A DNA stretch of 64,000 nt from Lytechinus pictus. Taxonomy: Eukaryota. The stretch lies in contig NC_087263.1 of the NCBI RefSeq assembly GCF_037042905.1, positions 3,100,001 to 3,164,000 of the forward strand, written 5' to 3'. The notes beneath the pieces are model-generated. The model was not told the origin of the DNA, searched no databases, and was given only the letters and a program-made list of their open reading frames with translations. The stretch's first letter is position 1. Each line of letters starts with the position of its first letter. This document shows, in pieces, positions 1 through 14,135 of this stretch. The position numbers and the translations under genes were made by a program.

Positions 1-468
1 AAATATGTGGTCGGCTTGTTAAATTCGTTCCCAAACAGCTCTCTCTGACATGCTTAGAGACTGCTGAACACTATCATATTTTGCTTTATATATATATTCT
101 CATTTAATGGGGGGGGGGGGGGTACAACAAGAACAGGAAGCCATTACTCTCTGGAGTTGAATGTGTTCACTCCTTCCTCAGAAATATATTCTTGGAAAGG
201 CTTTGTCAAGATTTGTTATTGCCCTTATTTGAAGCCAATTTTAGCCTATAGGTCTACAATATTAAACAGTCGTATGATTTTATGAGCCTACCCCTCTGAA
301 ATATTAATTTCAATATATCAATTTTATGGGAATTCTAACGCCAGTTAGAATTGCCTCAAGCGATAGGTAAGTAAACCTCATTCAAGATGAAATGCACAAT
401 ACCAAATGTCAAAGCCACCGGAGTACACACATGAATATATTTTTCTTTTCTTATTTGTCATGTTACAG

Positions 469-694
469 AGACCCCTAGCAGGAAATCCTGAATCCCCCAT
501 GATGATGAATACTGGCGTAGATTCGGGCGTCCCTCCGCCCCAGACGGGCCAGCCGGATCCAGACTCACTAAAAATGTTCGTCGGACAGATCCCCAAGGCA
601 TACGAAGAAGATAAACTAAGGGAAATGTTCTCAGAGTTTGGTCCTGTATATGAACTCAACGTTCTCAGGGATAAGAAAACGGGAGAAAGTAAAG
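469..694 (+). CDS. CELF2: CELF1/2-like RNA-binding protein, first coding exon in window (N-terminus and first part of RRM1); likely start ATG 499
   Basis: Acceptor ttgtcatgttacag|AG at 468/469, donor AAAG|gtgagc at 694/695. Translation MMMNTGVDSGVPPPQTGQPDPDSLKMFVGQIPKAYEEDKLREMFSEFGPVYELNVLRDKKTGESK matches CELF1/2 QPDPDAIKMFVGQIP (RNP2). The symbol denotes the CELF1/2 co-ortholog. Confidence 0.95.
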
Positions 695-1357
695 GTGAGC
701 GCCGACAACCAGGCAAGATATGCACCCTTAACTTGCTAGAGGGTGCCATTGAAAATATAATATGGCATGAACTTTTGGTATGAACCAAAGTAGGAGAAAT
801 CTATTCCTGTTCAGAAATTATTTATTTGTACCCTGCAACTGACAATGCCTTTTCATTATTTTTTTTCAGAATTGTAAAAGGACTTTTTTAATCATGTTAA
901 ATATGTGCAGGTGTCCAAAAGCATTTGGCTTCTTTTATATCTTATGAAGGAATGATGATGATAATTAATTATTATAATGGTAATTTATTAATTGATTTGA
1001 GATGTTTTACTGGAATTCATAATGACAAAAATCATGTTAATGGTTAATTTTCTTTTAGTACAGGTGTATTTCATGATATTGGGATGAAATTCATTTTTAA
1101 TACACTTTTCCGTTAGTCATAGTGAAACTGAACGAAGAAAATAATTTATATCTGGGCGTGAGTTGATATTGGCAACAGACTTTGATCATCTCTAAAAAAA
1201 ATCTTTGACAGTTGTACATGATAAGGATCATTTTAGTTACATTTGTGCAATAAGTACAGACTATGATAATCTATCCTGTATGCAAATTAAGTCATTTATT
1301 CTTGTGGCATTTTAGACTTTGGTGTTGAATTAGTGTTTGTTTTCTTTTTACACCCAG

Positions 1358-1440
1358 GTTGCGCCTTCGTCACATTCTATTCAGGTGTAGTAGCAGATAA
1401 AGCACAGAAAGAAATTCACAACAGAAAAGTATTACCGGGG
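1358..1440 (+). CDS. CELF2: CELF1/2-like exon 2 (RRM1 RNP1: GCAFVTFYSGVVADKAQKEIHNRKVLPG)
   Basis: cacccag|GT acceptor and GGG|gtaagt donor; 83 nt, phase 1 to 0; continues the frame of exon 1. Confidence 0.96.
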
Positions 1441-3826
1441 GTAAGTGCACCATACAATTTTATTATTTTGGCGTTAATATGAGGTGTTTAATCTCCATGA
1501 ATGACCACAGATTCAGTGTTTGGTGTTAATGTGAGGTTTATACAAGACTTTGAAGAACTACATGTATGATATTGCATTTGGGTTTTGGTGTGATGTTTGG
1601 TGCTAGTGAGAAGCTGCTTATTCTGGTCAAATCTCTTTTTGTGTTTTTTATGTGGGGGTATGTTTCTGATGCTTGTGTAGTTTGGTATGATAAGGTGTAA
1701 GGGTCCGATGTAGATTTAGAAAACTACAGGAGATCTCTTGAGACAAGAAATGAAAGCTTTGTCGATGCCATCTTTGAGTAAACTTCTGGCCATGCTTCTC
1801 ACCTTGCCCAAAACAACTGAGAATTTAATGGTCAATTGGTGTTCTGTGAATGGTGTAAGGTTCTTGTGTTAAAAGATTGCAGGCCATCTAGTAAATTATG
1901 AATGAGCAACCGTAATGTGGTTACGAGATGAGTACATGGTATGAAGTCTTTACCCGAGTGATCGCACCGCCGGCGTGTCTGAGTTGTCTTTGGTGAGATG
2001 CTTCATCCGTCCATCAAGACCGGAGTTTGCTTTAGCGTAGATACAACAAACATAACCGGATACCAATCAGTGATCCATTGGGAATTAATTATCTTTAGAA
2101 GACAATATTCCACACATCTGCGTGCTTTAGCCCTGTGCAGCCAGTCAGAAAGCCCAGGGACTCCGGATCTTCGCTGAAACGAAACATTGTTGGTTCAGGA
2201 GCTTTGCCCTCACTCCGATGAAGGCGCTAGCCCCGGATGATTGTTTGATCAGCAAACACGGTGGACAAATTTCATTTCTTGACCATAGCTGAGAAGCATG
2301 TATATCGAGGATGGGAGAAGGAATGTATGTGTCCGATAAGAAGATAGACAGAGACTACAGGAATCCTGGCATGCCTTAGCTGAATGTTGAGATGGGGAGA
2401 TGTGATTCGGTCAGGGTGTATGGACTTCTGGAGTTGGTCTGAGTCAACAAAAGATCAATCACTTTCTATTGATAGGTGATCTGTCTTTTCCCCAGTACTT
2501 ATACCTTCATGTTCTCATCTTCCAGTGTTTTCCTTTAAATTTTCTCTTTACTGGTACCTCCTTTTTCTTTCAGCCTCTCTTTCAATGGAACTCTAATTCT
2601 ATTTGACCCTCCTTCTTCATTCAAACCTATTTATCTGCCTCTTTTGCAATTTCGCATTGATTTAATAAGAGCAATGAATTAAAAGGTGATTGACCAAGAG
2701 TCTGTACAGAATCTTTAGTAGGTATCCCACTCAGCACCTTTCACAAAAATATTCTGGCATTCCCCATTGATGTGTGTATATGCTGGAATAGGAGGATTAG
2801 AAACAGAAAGACGCTGAGGGGATTCCTTCTAACAGATGTGGCTCAAACTTTTGCATATATGCCCCATGGTTAAATATCCTGCCAGTTTTGAATAGATAAA
2901 TATTAAGTGAGAAGTATCGAGGAAGGAATGATATGCTTGGGCACTGTAACAATGTTTTAATAGCAATCGATCGTGGGGCTGGTTTTTAAGATTGATTGCA
3001 TTGATTATTGTGTATGATCAATCATAAAATCAGCCCCACTAAGGGTCCAGAACTATTCTATAATCTCTTTGTAGTAAAATTCTGTAAGACTAAGCACAGG
3101 AATGCTGATATTGAATGTGTTTCAGAAAGACAGGTTAGAGCTGTAGTCATTGAGGCTTCCTGCATCAATGGCCATGATTCAACTTGTCATGTTCAGTACA
3201 ACATCACCATCAGGAAATAGTCTCTATCCCGTCCTGGGATGTCCTCTCAATTATCACAGCACAGTTTCTGTCTCGAGGAGTTTCTTGGCTGATACTTCGT
3301 TTGTCCGTCATTCAGCCCAATAAGTGGGCAGCAATCATCTGCAGTCGGTCCCGAAAAAAGCTAGCAAGAATCGAGCGGTAGTAATTTGTCTCGTTAAATT
3401 ACTGTGTCAGATTCAATTGGGGCAAACTGCTGGAAATGGCCAAGTGAGAGTCAACGGCTGTACTTTAGTCTGATTGTGATATTGAAAGCGGACAAGTTGT
3501 TTCCTTGATTTGGCCAAGTGGTAAATAGCTAGTCTGCTGTGCAAACCTTTCACTCGATTTAAGGGTCTGAATGTGCAGCCTACTCATGCTTTGTGTACTG
3601 AAGGCCCTCTCGCTCAGGAATTGAAATGGCAAGTTTTGTATGTTCTAGTCTTTGCGTGGAGACACACCTGTTGATCAAAGTTTGTGTTCTGATTTGAAAC
3701 AGCAAGTTTTGTATCTGTTAGTCTTGTGTGGAGACACACTTGTTGATCAAAGTTTCAATCAGGGTCTTTGCCTGCAGACTAGTAAATAACTGCGCTCACA
3801 TGTTAGATCCCTACTAGAACACAATT

Positions 3827-4572
3827 CTCGCTACCCCAAATAGCGATTTCGCCGAGATCCGGGAAAATCCCTGTAACGTGCATTGCATTATGGGATAGCT
3901 TTTTCGGTATTACAACTTCCTGTTCGGAAGTCCAATGCACTGTTTTGCCATTCAGATCAACAGTGCCGTCATGCATGCAACAACACAACGTCGCTTTCGC
4001 TCGGAAAGTTCGTGATCACAACCCTCTCTTTCACGATACAGTTTAACAGTTTTACAGCCTTTTCTGCTAAAGTCACTAATTCTGCCCGACGCTTTCCATT
4101 GCACGGTATTCATCTGTCAGTTAAGATTTTTTTAAGTTCCGAAACTGATTTTTATCCATTTTGTGGTCGACCAAAAATTGAACGAAATTAATGCTGTATA
4201 TATTTAGCGTCTAGTTGAATACGATCGTGATGTCAGGCTGGTCGCTAAATGCAAAATTTTAAGATATTCATTATTTGTTTGATTTTTTATAACCAAATAA
4301 AAACATGAATAAAAATTATTTTCACGCGAAATATATATTTTTTATTTTATTTATAATTCAAATGGAATCAAAATTGACCAAATGTAATAAAAAGTATTAT
4401 ACTCTGTACATATTACGCTGATTGGCATCGATTTCAGCGTGGTGGAAAACTCAGTATCGCGAACCTCGCGCGAGCATGACTCTAAACCGGAAGTGGTGAT
4501 GACGACCCGACGGAGTGAAAATTATCTCGTCTCGCGCATTATGAGATTTTTGTTCCTATTTGGGGTAGCGAG
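3827..4572. mobile_element. Non-autonomous DNA transposon (MITE), possibly Sola1-like
   Basis: Perfect inverted repeat aattctcgctaccccaaatag (3823-3843) / ctatttggggtagcgagaatt (4556-4576); AATT on both sides fits an AWWT target duplication; CpG-rich interior with no long ORF. Confidence 0.75.
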
Positions 4573-6129
4573 AATTATTGCTGGCCCAAAATGCACTCCT
4601 TCATGCCGAGTATTGAATATAGACAACAGCACTCCAATGTTTCGCGAGTCCAAACTTTATTGAATGTACTATTTTATCACCTGACTTCACAATCAACTAT
4701 CTAAAACATGGCAGAGTTTGAAATACTTTTCAAAATGTTCATTTTCTGGTGGAGTTCACTGACTTTTGAGCACCATTTTGTACATGTATGCATTGACCGA
4801 AGGTTTGTGGCTGGCTGCTTTACCCATATTTTCATACCTCCATGCATGGCTACTTTATTTGTGCTCCAACCCAAACATGCACTTGTTCCCAAACTCCTCC
4901 GGTTCCCCCAACGCAAACAAAAATCTTCCCACAAAGTTTGCGACCAATCGGAGCAGAACCAAACCAATTTTATGCACCCCATACTCCGCTGCATTCGAAC
5001 CCAACACCATGCTTTCACCATTGTCGATCCTACACTGGGAAAAAAGTAATTTGTTTGCATAAAGCAGCATTTGATGTTGAGTTTCTTTTCATATTTTTGA
5101 TCCATGAGCCTATCATCTATTGATTCATTGAAGAAAAGATTTGAAAATGGTCCTAAAAGATTGAGAATTGAATGTAGGTTTAGGGCAAAGTTCATCGGTA
5201 TGAGTCATGCATGTTGTGAATGAATGTGGTAGAGTATAGCGAAATGAAAATCATTATGAGGTGGAATAATAGAAAGAGGAAGAAAGAAAAAGGAACAATG
5301 TTTTGAAAAGTACAGGTGGGAGAAATGAATTGTGGTAAAACTAATCCATAAATCTTGCTTCATGAGATTTTGTTGTAAGAGAAAGGGAGTAACTTCCGAT
5401 GAAGATAAAGAGTCATTAGATTTGAAAGATTATGGAATTATCTTCTGACAGCTTATCAGGAAAGTATAATTCTGATTTAGATGATCACAACATTATTAGC
5501 CTTTATTGAATGTGCAGTGGAAGGATTAAGGGTTGGGGTTGTTATTGAAGGAAAATATGTAGCTTTTTAGATTCAAACTGTTTTTTTCTTTCAAACTGGT
5601 TGACTAACACAATGACTTCTTTCTGACTTTCATTTGCTCACAATAATTTAAAAATGCAGAATTTTCAGATGAAGCCATTCCCCGTTTCTAGATAGATTTT
5701 TTTTTTCATCTCGTCAGTCACAGAAAAGTCTATCACCGCAAATCTTTCTTCATTCCAACCTCCTTATGAGGGGCCTTACATATCCACACCAAACGGTTCA
5801 CATCTCCCAGTCATAACACAATATTGATATAGGTGATGAAAACCCATGCATAAGACCTAAATGGTTTAAAATTCACATGGATAATGGAATTCATACCCTT
5901 TTGTGTTTGTCACAACTAAACCTAAGTCAGGAAAAGCCGTGATATGCAGCGGTAGAGACTAAATCAAGTTTTGTTATTGTCTGGAGGCATGCGATCTGCA
6001 GAATTCTATGAATAAATTGAAGCGTCCGAAAATTGGGCAGGATTCGCTCTGGTCGTTATGGTAATGGGACGAAGGATGCAATGAATTTGTTGTTGTGATG
6101 ATGATGATATCATGAATAGAGATGAACAT

Positions 6130-6666
6130 GGGGATCTTTGCACAAAGCTTAGCTATCGATCACATAGCTACACTGTAAAAACTGTGGTGTTGAAACTGAC
6201 ACCTGGGCTCCGTGACACAAAGGTTAGCCTAATTTGAAAGAACAATTCTCATTGGTTCCTAGTCAGTCTACTGAGCAAAATGCGCATGCAAGGATGATCT
6301 TGATAGGCCATTTCATTTAGCGATTAATCGCTAATCTTTGTGTTACGAAGCCCTGATGGTGTTAATAGAGGACCACACCCTGAGGTGTTAAAATCACACC
6401 CTAGAGATTTTACATAAAACACCAAAGAGTATAAATGTAACAACCAAAGGTGTTGTAATAACACCTAAAGGTGTTAAACTAACACTGTTAATTTAACACC
6501 AGTTTGAAATAACTGGTGTGGTCCTCTATGTACACCGGTTAGCACCAAAGTTTTTGCTGTGTACATTTAATTGCAATTGTACATACACCTGATTTCACAC
6601 TATGATCATTGTAATCCAGCATAAAAATCAACCTTACAATCAGTTAAATTTTGTGTAAACGGGCCC
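6130..6666. mobile_element. Three nested MITEs
   Basis: Outer element gggatctttgcacaaag...tttgtgtaaacgggccc; middle element ta-cactgtaaaaactgtggtgt...agcaccaaagtttttgctgtg-ta (6171-6561); inner element gggctccgtgacacaaaggttagc...gctaatctttgtgttacgaagccc (about 6205-6353). Confidence 0.7.
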
Positions 6667-8105
6667 TGGGCTCTGTATCACATACATTGGCAGTCAATTG
6701 CAAATTGGAAATGGCCAATCAGGATCATTGATACTTGCTCATTTTCTCCAAGCACTGACCGTAAGCCAATTGGAATCAGTCTTCCATTATAGCAATCTAT
6801 TGCAAACATTTGTTTTTCACTGCCCAGCCTTGTTTTTCCTACTGAATTCTCACAAATCACCAATTTTCTACGGTCGGTTAATATAGAATGATTTCGAAAT
6901 AGTGAATTTCCATGAAGATTGATTTGTAATTTTATGTAGATTGATGATGTGATTAATAATAGGGCTTTAAACCTGAATACGTCATCATTTTAATGTAGAT
7001 TGATTGATCTGTATTCTGAATTAGTTTTGAATTAAACTGGTCTAAATCATTGGTTAAACTTTGGATAGCCATAATATTATGTAACAAACACATACATGTA
7101 AAGCAAATGCTGTTGGGAAGTAAGGTTCTCTGAAACTTCAAAACAGAAAGATCCACAACTCCCTTTCCTTCCCACCATTACCCTTTAAACTTCACATCTG
7201 TAGAAGAATAAGTCTATGCTATTGCTTACTCATCAAACATTGAGCGAAAACACAAAACATTTTCGTCTGGCTTTCCCTATTCATCTTAGGTGTTGTGCTC
7301 ATGGTGCGCTGTTTGCCGAGTAAACGTCTATAGACCTATGCCATTGTACTGGCTATGTTTATTTTCAATAGTCCACCTTGGAGAATGAATCGGACTCTGG
7401 GTAATCGTACAGAACCCTTTCCCTTTCTTATCGATTTTTCTTTTCCATTCGTCTGGTTTGATGTAGATTAAGTTTTTGTCATTTTTTTGCAGATTGTATC
7501 CCCTATGTAAGAAGTAATCTATTTTGTCAATTTTTTCTGGTTGATAAAGTCTTTTGATTTTTTTGGCAGATTGGATGCCCCTATATGTAATAAGAAGTAA
7601 TACTATTTTTTTGGTCTTTGCCAGAAAGATGAATTGACAAATTTTGGGGGAGATTTTCAGTCTCATTTCTCAACTTGTAATGGCCCAATTAGATTTTCCC
7701 AAGAGCTTTTATAATCATATTTGTGTGACTCGCCGGGTATTGAACTTGTGACCTCCCCGGTCATGAGTCGGGCACTCTAGCACTGAGCCTCTGATCCGCC
7801 ATGCATGAACCTAATGAATATATAGATTTAATGGATCTCTTATAAAATGAGACACCATGTTTGCACCTGAAACTCAGAATTATTCGCTCGCTGAACTGCT
7901 AAATTTCTGTTTGCTCTCCTGGGAGCTGAACTTGGTAATCAGCTGTTGAAAGGTTGGGATCGGAAATAGACCCCTGCTCTTGGTATCTGGTTCTGAACTG
8001 CTTATTGAGGAATGAAGTTGATGTATTCATGCTCAACCTTTTTGTCATTAAATAGTTTTGTTCGACCAAGAAAAGAATTTCCACTTGGTCTAACCAAGTG
8101 GGTAA

Positions 8106-8506
8106 AGCTAAGTGAAAGTAGTTGCAGTAAAACACTGATTTATTGAGAAAGTCTTTAAAACTAAGGTTAATTATTACGATATCATCGTGGATCTAGATCT
8201 GGTACAGTTACATAAACTGAACTTTGTGAAATCATAAAATATAAGCTGAAAAAACGATCACACTGAAAAACGCCAACACAAACAGGCACACATGGGACAG
8301 TGTATATTATTATTAGTGGAATTAAGACCCGACGGAAGTGCGCGAATCCGCGCTTATTTTGCTTATTTCTCAGCAATTAAACAATTTCTTCCAGAATCCT
8401 TTGGCACCTATTTTTTATTCATACAAACAGACACTTGGGTGGTCATTATGTTATTGGATTCTGTAAAAAGTCATTTTGAGATCGTTACCACAACTGGCAT
8501 TTATCT
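8106..8506 (+). mobile_element. TTAA-flanked MITE (Kolobok-like AG...CT ends), copy 1
   Basis: Highly similar over about 400 bp to 31996-32391; ends ...atct-ttaa. Confidence 0.8.
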
Positions 8507-8665
8507 TTAATACCAACTTTGATTTGAAATTCAAGTATTTGGAATCAAATTCATTTGTCTAATGTCAGACAAAATGGGTAGGCTCTGGGCCAAATGGCAA
8601 GTAGATCAAATTTGTAGAATCGATTATTGAGGATTAGACCATGTGGGATGAAACCAAATCTATGA

Positions 8666-9110
8666 GGCTGTTCTCATTACACTTTCTAAAACTAGTTTAC
8701 TGGAAACCGATTCAGGAAACCACTTTGGAAGATCGCTTTGCTAGCGTTCTCACTTGATCACATGAAAGTGGTTTTCAAAATCACTTCACGTAAAGCGCTC
8801 TTGTTGCTATGGAAATGCTCTCAGTGTGGTGACACGTTTCGCGCGAAATTCGAAACCGCAGCATAGGCATTCTACACCTGTCGTGTGGAGTAGCGCACTC
8901 AAAATGTGCGAAGATCGCTTCCCGAAGAACGGTTGTGTCCTCACTTACGCTAAAACCAGTTTAACGAGGCAAAGCGATCTTGAAAACTACATCGCGAGGT
9001 GGTTTTCCAAACTGGTTTGGAAGATCGCTTCCAAGACCGCTTCGACCGTTCTCACTACGCGTTAAACTAGTTTCCACTAAACTAGTTTTAGGAACGTAGT
9101 GAGAACAGCC
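8666..9110. mobile_element. PIF/Harbinger-type MITE
   Basis: TIRs ggctgttctca...aaaactagttta / taaactagtttt...tgagaacagcc, flanked by tga/tca; partial copy at about 15155-15366. Confidence 0.8.
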
Positions 9111-9116
9111 TCATTG

Positions 9117-9274
9117 TGTCGGTGCAAGAACGCCCTTAACACCACACTTATGTGCATCACATGAGTGCAAACACTCCTTTAGCAGCATGCATATTAGTGC
9201 ATTGTGTAAGGGCGTATCTGCGCAAATGGGATGCTTGAAAATGTTATGCTATAAAGGGCGTTCTTGCACCAACA
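9117..9274. mobile_element. Small MITE
   Basis: 21-bp TIR tgtcggtgcaagaacgccctt / aagggcgttcttgcaccaaca. Confidence 0.75.
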
Positions 9275-10117
9275 TGATGAAATGGAAAGAAGATAAGGTG
9301 GTTGTGGACCAAATGGCAATTTACCCTTTGATCAAGTTTGCCAATGTGAACAACCCCCTGCCTATCTCGTTGAATGGGTCAAGTGTATGGTGAGTGTAGT
9401 GTTGTGACGTTTGATAGAGTAGGCCCTAGTGTGGAATCATGTAAGATGTTTATCAAGGAAATTTATCACTTCCTTCAGGAGTCTGGGATCCTGTCTAGGG
9501 TCTCCCCTCTGGAGACCAGGGCATTTTGCCAGTGATTTCTACTGACAACTGTTTTAAGCTACTGAAATCCTTGCATCTGATTGGCTCAGAGGAAGTTTCT
9601 CATTGAAAATAGCTGACAGAATGATTTGTGAAACACTCTCCCTGTCCTTCTGGGTCTGGGATCTACCTCCCTTCACGTGGCATCCAGGAATCTTGGTGAT
9701 TTTGCACTTCTTGTTGCATCGGTCTCTTGATCGATCTACATGCAGTAATGACTCTGTTATTAGAAATTTTACTTCAAAACAAATGGTTTTCTTTCTATTT
9801 CATTTTGAAAGAAATACTTTGAAAGGTTGATACCTCATGTCTCTGTGAATTGCGGAGTATGCTCAAGCCCGATTCAATATGACCTAAAGAAATAAATGAG
9901 ACTTAAAAATCTCTCAAGACATGGTGCCAATTTGCCAATGATGGTAGTGGTCACAGAATCACCAAATGAGAGATACTGTGGTACGTCTAAATGAAAAATA
10001 GTTTAATTGCTATTTAGCCAGCAATGGCACTGCATATGACTTGTATTGGAAATGAGATATGGATTTCATTATATTTTCAAAAAATTTTCTGCTCACATTT
10101 CATGTGTGATCTGTATA

Positions 10118-11031
10118 GGCGGTGCTGCACCATCCCGAGTTTGCTCAATCTCGAGATATTAGCCCGATCAGCCCTCTTCGCGATTAATCTCGAGATTCAA
10201 GAAACCCCGTCTGCACCATCCCACGAAGAGCGATTCCTGCTCGAGCGAGGCAACAAGCCCGATATTACGAGCATGCGCACTTTCGGATCTTGGAGTTTCA
10301 ACGGCCCGCGCTTTTGAATAACTTCCCGCGATATGCAAGCAATGTACATTATGTACTCCTTTCACTAGCACTTTCGCCGAATTCAACCGGTGTTATGCAA
10401 CAATCCTCTCAGCTCAGCGAGTGAAGAAGTGATGTATTCTTCGTTAAATATGATGGCGGAGTAGGAGGCAACGACAGAGAGAGAGAGAGGGAGAGAAGGA
10501 GGAAAGAAATGCTATTTGCTCACATTTTGCGAAGGAATAAGACAACACTGCTGTCAGTGTTGTTATTGAATATGACCATCGTCGATGAGCGCCTCCCCCT
10601 TCGGTCTGGTCTCTCCCAAAATCCATTCACTGGTGGGACACCATCGTTGCTTATGAACGCTATTCGCATGTGTAAAGTTGACTTCCGCACATAGAGATGT
10701 ATACTAGTAACGCTTCCGCACGTGTTTATGTTTGACCAAGGCGGAAGTGGAACGCGAATTGCATTATGGACTGACGTCATGAATAAATTACCCCGAGTCC
10801 AATCTCGAGTGCGTCTGCACCGACGAATTAGCGGGATAATTCGTAAAATAGCGCGCTATTTTGCAAATAAACCCGAGTTGACTTGGGATTGCAATCTCGA
10901 GATTAATCCTACGAACTAGCGCGATAATTGCGTCTGCACCGCCAACTATCTCGAGATTTTTCAGATCGGGATAATTTGCCGGATCAGAAATAGCGCGCTA
11001 ATTTGAAAACTCGGGATGGTGCAGACGGCCC
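10118..11031. mobile_element. PIF/Harbinger-type non-autonomous element
   Basis: TIR ctgcaccatcccgagttt / aaactcgggatggtgcag; subterminal repeats of ctgcacc and tctcgaga; CpG-rich. Confidence 0.8.
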
Positions 11032-12559
11032 TTATGTAATGGGAGTATTCAAGCTCTCAACTGGAAAGGTACCTCCGATTGGGGAAACCATGGGTTTAGA
11101 GAGTGTAAAATGCAATTAAAGCTGGTACAGATCATAATCCCAAACACATGTGACCTTTTCATTATTTAATATCAGCGTCATAAAGACCTTCTCATTAGCC
11201 TCCAGTCTATTCTCAGGTTCTAAAAAATGCACCTGCTGTTTCAAACATGCCGTTTCAAAGATGAGATGTATTATTTATGTATTTGATGATCTTTAGTCTC
11301 ATTCAAGCACATTCGAGTTGTTTTTTGTTATAAGTTTAATCCATCATGCTCTTTCTGTCTTAACATAGATGACATCTTGTTTATCTTGTGTTGTAGTACT
11401 TCACCAACTTCAGTTGAGCTAAATATTCTTTTGTTTTCATTCGGTTTTGGAGAATTACACAGGTAATGATGAAATCATTGATCTCAGGGGATTTGATGTA
11501 AGGCTATTTGATGGGACATAAATCTGACTGCTGTGAAATGAACTGTGCTAAAACTTTCTCACATGCTGGGTTTGAAGTCAAAGGTCAAAGGGGGCAGTTA
11601 TGGAATAGCATTTTGACATTTATTGAACCCATGTCAGACAACAAGTAAATATATTGGGGGATAACAGGAATTCATGCTGTCATTTTTGGATTTGGAGTGG
11701 CATAGTTTCAGAGTCGGGTTCGACCTTTTTTTAGAGTTTTGTGCTGGAAATAGCGTTGCGTTGGCAAAACAATTCAGTTGGGGTGTGGGAATACATGTAG
11801 CTAGAAATATTACAACCATGTGAAATAAACATACAAGTATGCATCAAGATATAACGTTTTTTTTTTAAATGAACAAATTTGAAGCCAAGTGCCCAATCAC
11901 ATATTGTATATGAATAATTAATTGCCTATTTGATTTGTAGGAATTTTTAAGCTCATACTCAGTCTCCTATTTCATATAATTTTTTTTTTTTTGGGGGGGG
12001 TGAAAGTCACCATTAGATTGGACTTTGTCAAGCTGATATTACGTTATGAAATCATATTTTTTATGGTACACCTATTCACTTGTCCTTCCTGTGACCCAAC
12101 ATCTAAACTTTTTAATCCTCTTCATGTGCTTTCAACCTTTAGAGAATGAGTCTCTTAGCTCCTAAGAAGATGCCTCAATAAATAAATGATCGGTATGTGC
12201 TTCACATAGATCTAGGTCTCCATATCTTTTAATTGGATAGATACCTAACATCCCATTAAGTTTGACCCTTAAACCTGACCCCATCATCAACATGAAGTCC
12301 TTACGCTGCTTGTTAAACATTTGTTTCTTCCAAGATACAAATTTGCTTGCTGGAGTTGACAGTAAGTCTCCATCTCTGTCTAATTGCATTTTCCAAAAGT
12401 GCAAATTCCTTTTCGGGATCTTTTTGTCGGTTGGATGGGTTCAGACTCTAATTTATTCTTTCATCTTGTCTGTGGGACGCATCTTAGATTCTTGGGGTCT
12501 TATCGGCTTCTGGAATTCTCCCGCATCTGGGATGCTAGCCTGGTATCTAGGTCATTATC

Positions 12560-12945
12560 TACCCTCCTCTTCCTCCCTCCCACTCTTTCATCCTCCTGTC
12601 AGGCTGACACCCTACCCCTTTCCTCCTGTTCATCCGCGCCTTCTCCCCTACCCGCATCCTCCTCCCATCCCCTTTTTCTCATCTCCCTCCCCCCTTTTGC
12701 TACGACCTCCCCTTTTCCCATTCCTGTCCCCCTCTTCCTCCCTCTCTTCCCCCTTGTAATCATGCTCCTCAATCCCCTTCTCTACCCTTACCCTTGCCCT
12801 CCTCTCCTACCTGCACCCTCCTCCCATCCCCCTTTTCCTCATCTTCCCTTCCTCATATCCCCATCCCCCCTCTTGTTACGACCTCCCCTTTCTCCATTTT
12901 CCTCCTCTTCCTCCCTCTCTTCCCCTTGTAATCATGCTCCTCCCT

Positions 12946-12984
<39 letters not shown>

Positions 12985-13100
12985 CTCCTTGTCCTCCCTG
13001 CCCATCCACTTCCTTTTCTTCCTCCTTTTTCTTTTGTTCTCCTTCCTTTTTACCATCTTCCTCTGCCTCCTCTGCTTCCTCTGTTTCCTCCACCTTTTGA
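12560..13100. repeat. CT-rich low-complexity tract with internal ~170-bp duplication
   Basis: (CCT)n-like; the segment tacgacctcccctt...ccccttgtaatcatgctcctc occurs twice. Confidence 0.85.
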
Positions 13101-13544
13101 GCGAAGGAGGTTGGCCAAATCCATCCTTACCCTTTCAGTCGTTACAAGAGCATCTTAGGATGGTATTAGGGGTTATTTCCTCCTTAATCCAAGTTATGTT
13201 AGGATGTTGTGCTTTATACATCTCTTCTTCATGATAGTTTGTTATTGGAATATTGGCCTAATGATAATTTGCATACAAAAATTGCCAAATATGACTTGGT
13301 CATTTTTCACACCTCCCAATACTTAGCACACTTTTGCTGAACTTGTCATGTGACCTCAATAACTTCCCCAAATTCCAAGCGAGAGAAATGATTAGACGAT
13401 TTCCTGTGCTTAGGGTATAATCTATTTTATTTGCTCCAAAAGCTTCCAGTCGATCCTGTTAGATATATGAGGATAGATGCGTGTTTGCTCATTAGGCGAT
13501 ATACGGCATCTTAGAGGTGTTTGGTACTTTTTCAAAGATGTAAA

Positions 13545-14135
13545 AGGGAAGATAATGGGATAGAGATGGGTGGGGGGAGATGAAATTGAAAGGGGCTAAA
13601 ATTAGGGATGTAACAAAAACTAAGGAAAAGGAGAACAGGGGTAAAAGATGGTGAAACGAGAGGAAGGAGAGAGAGGTGGGGGAGATGGGTGAGAGGTGAG
13701 AAAGATGAAGAAAGAGGAGAACAGATGAATATAGGGAAGAAAAAAGTTTTAAAGGAAGAAGTGGCTAGAGATTTTTTTTTTTTTTTTGGGGGGGGGGAGG
13801 AGATTACATGTAGGTGATGTCATGGAATGGATATTAAAGCAGTGATGAAAATTTAGGGAGATGAAGTAGCAGAAGGAGTAATGAGAGTAGAAGGAGATGG
13901 AAGATGGGAATGAGGTGTGATACAGGAGATGGAGAAAGAGATTTAATTGGAGATGGGGGGAAAGGGAAGACGAGGAAAGTGGTGTCAATATGCAGAAATA
14001 AAGAGGAAGATGGAAGGTGTATAAGAAGTAAGGAGAGAGAAAGATATAATTGAGGGTCATGAAGGGAAATGATGGAGAGATAAAGAAGGGTGATGGAGAG
14101 GGGAGGAAAGAAGTTCGATGAGGGATGGAGATGAT
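13545..14135. repeat. GA-rich low-complexity tract
   Basis: Strong purine bias on the + strand. Confidence 0.8.

Noticed and set aside
406-783. 125-aa ORF as a standalone protein
   Set aside because: Only 469-694 is CELF-like and bounded by canonical splice sites; the flanks are intron read-through.
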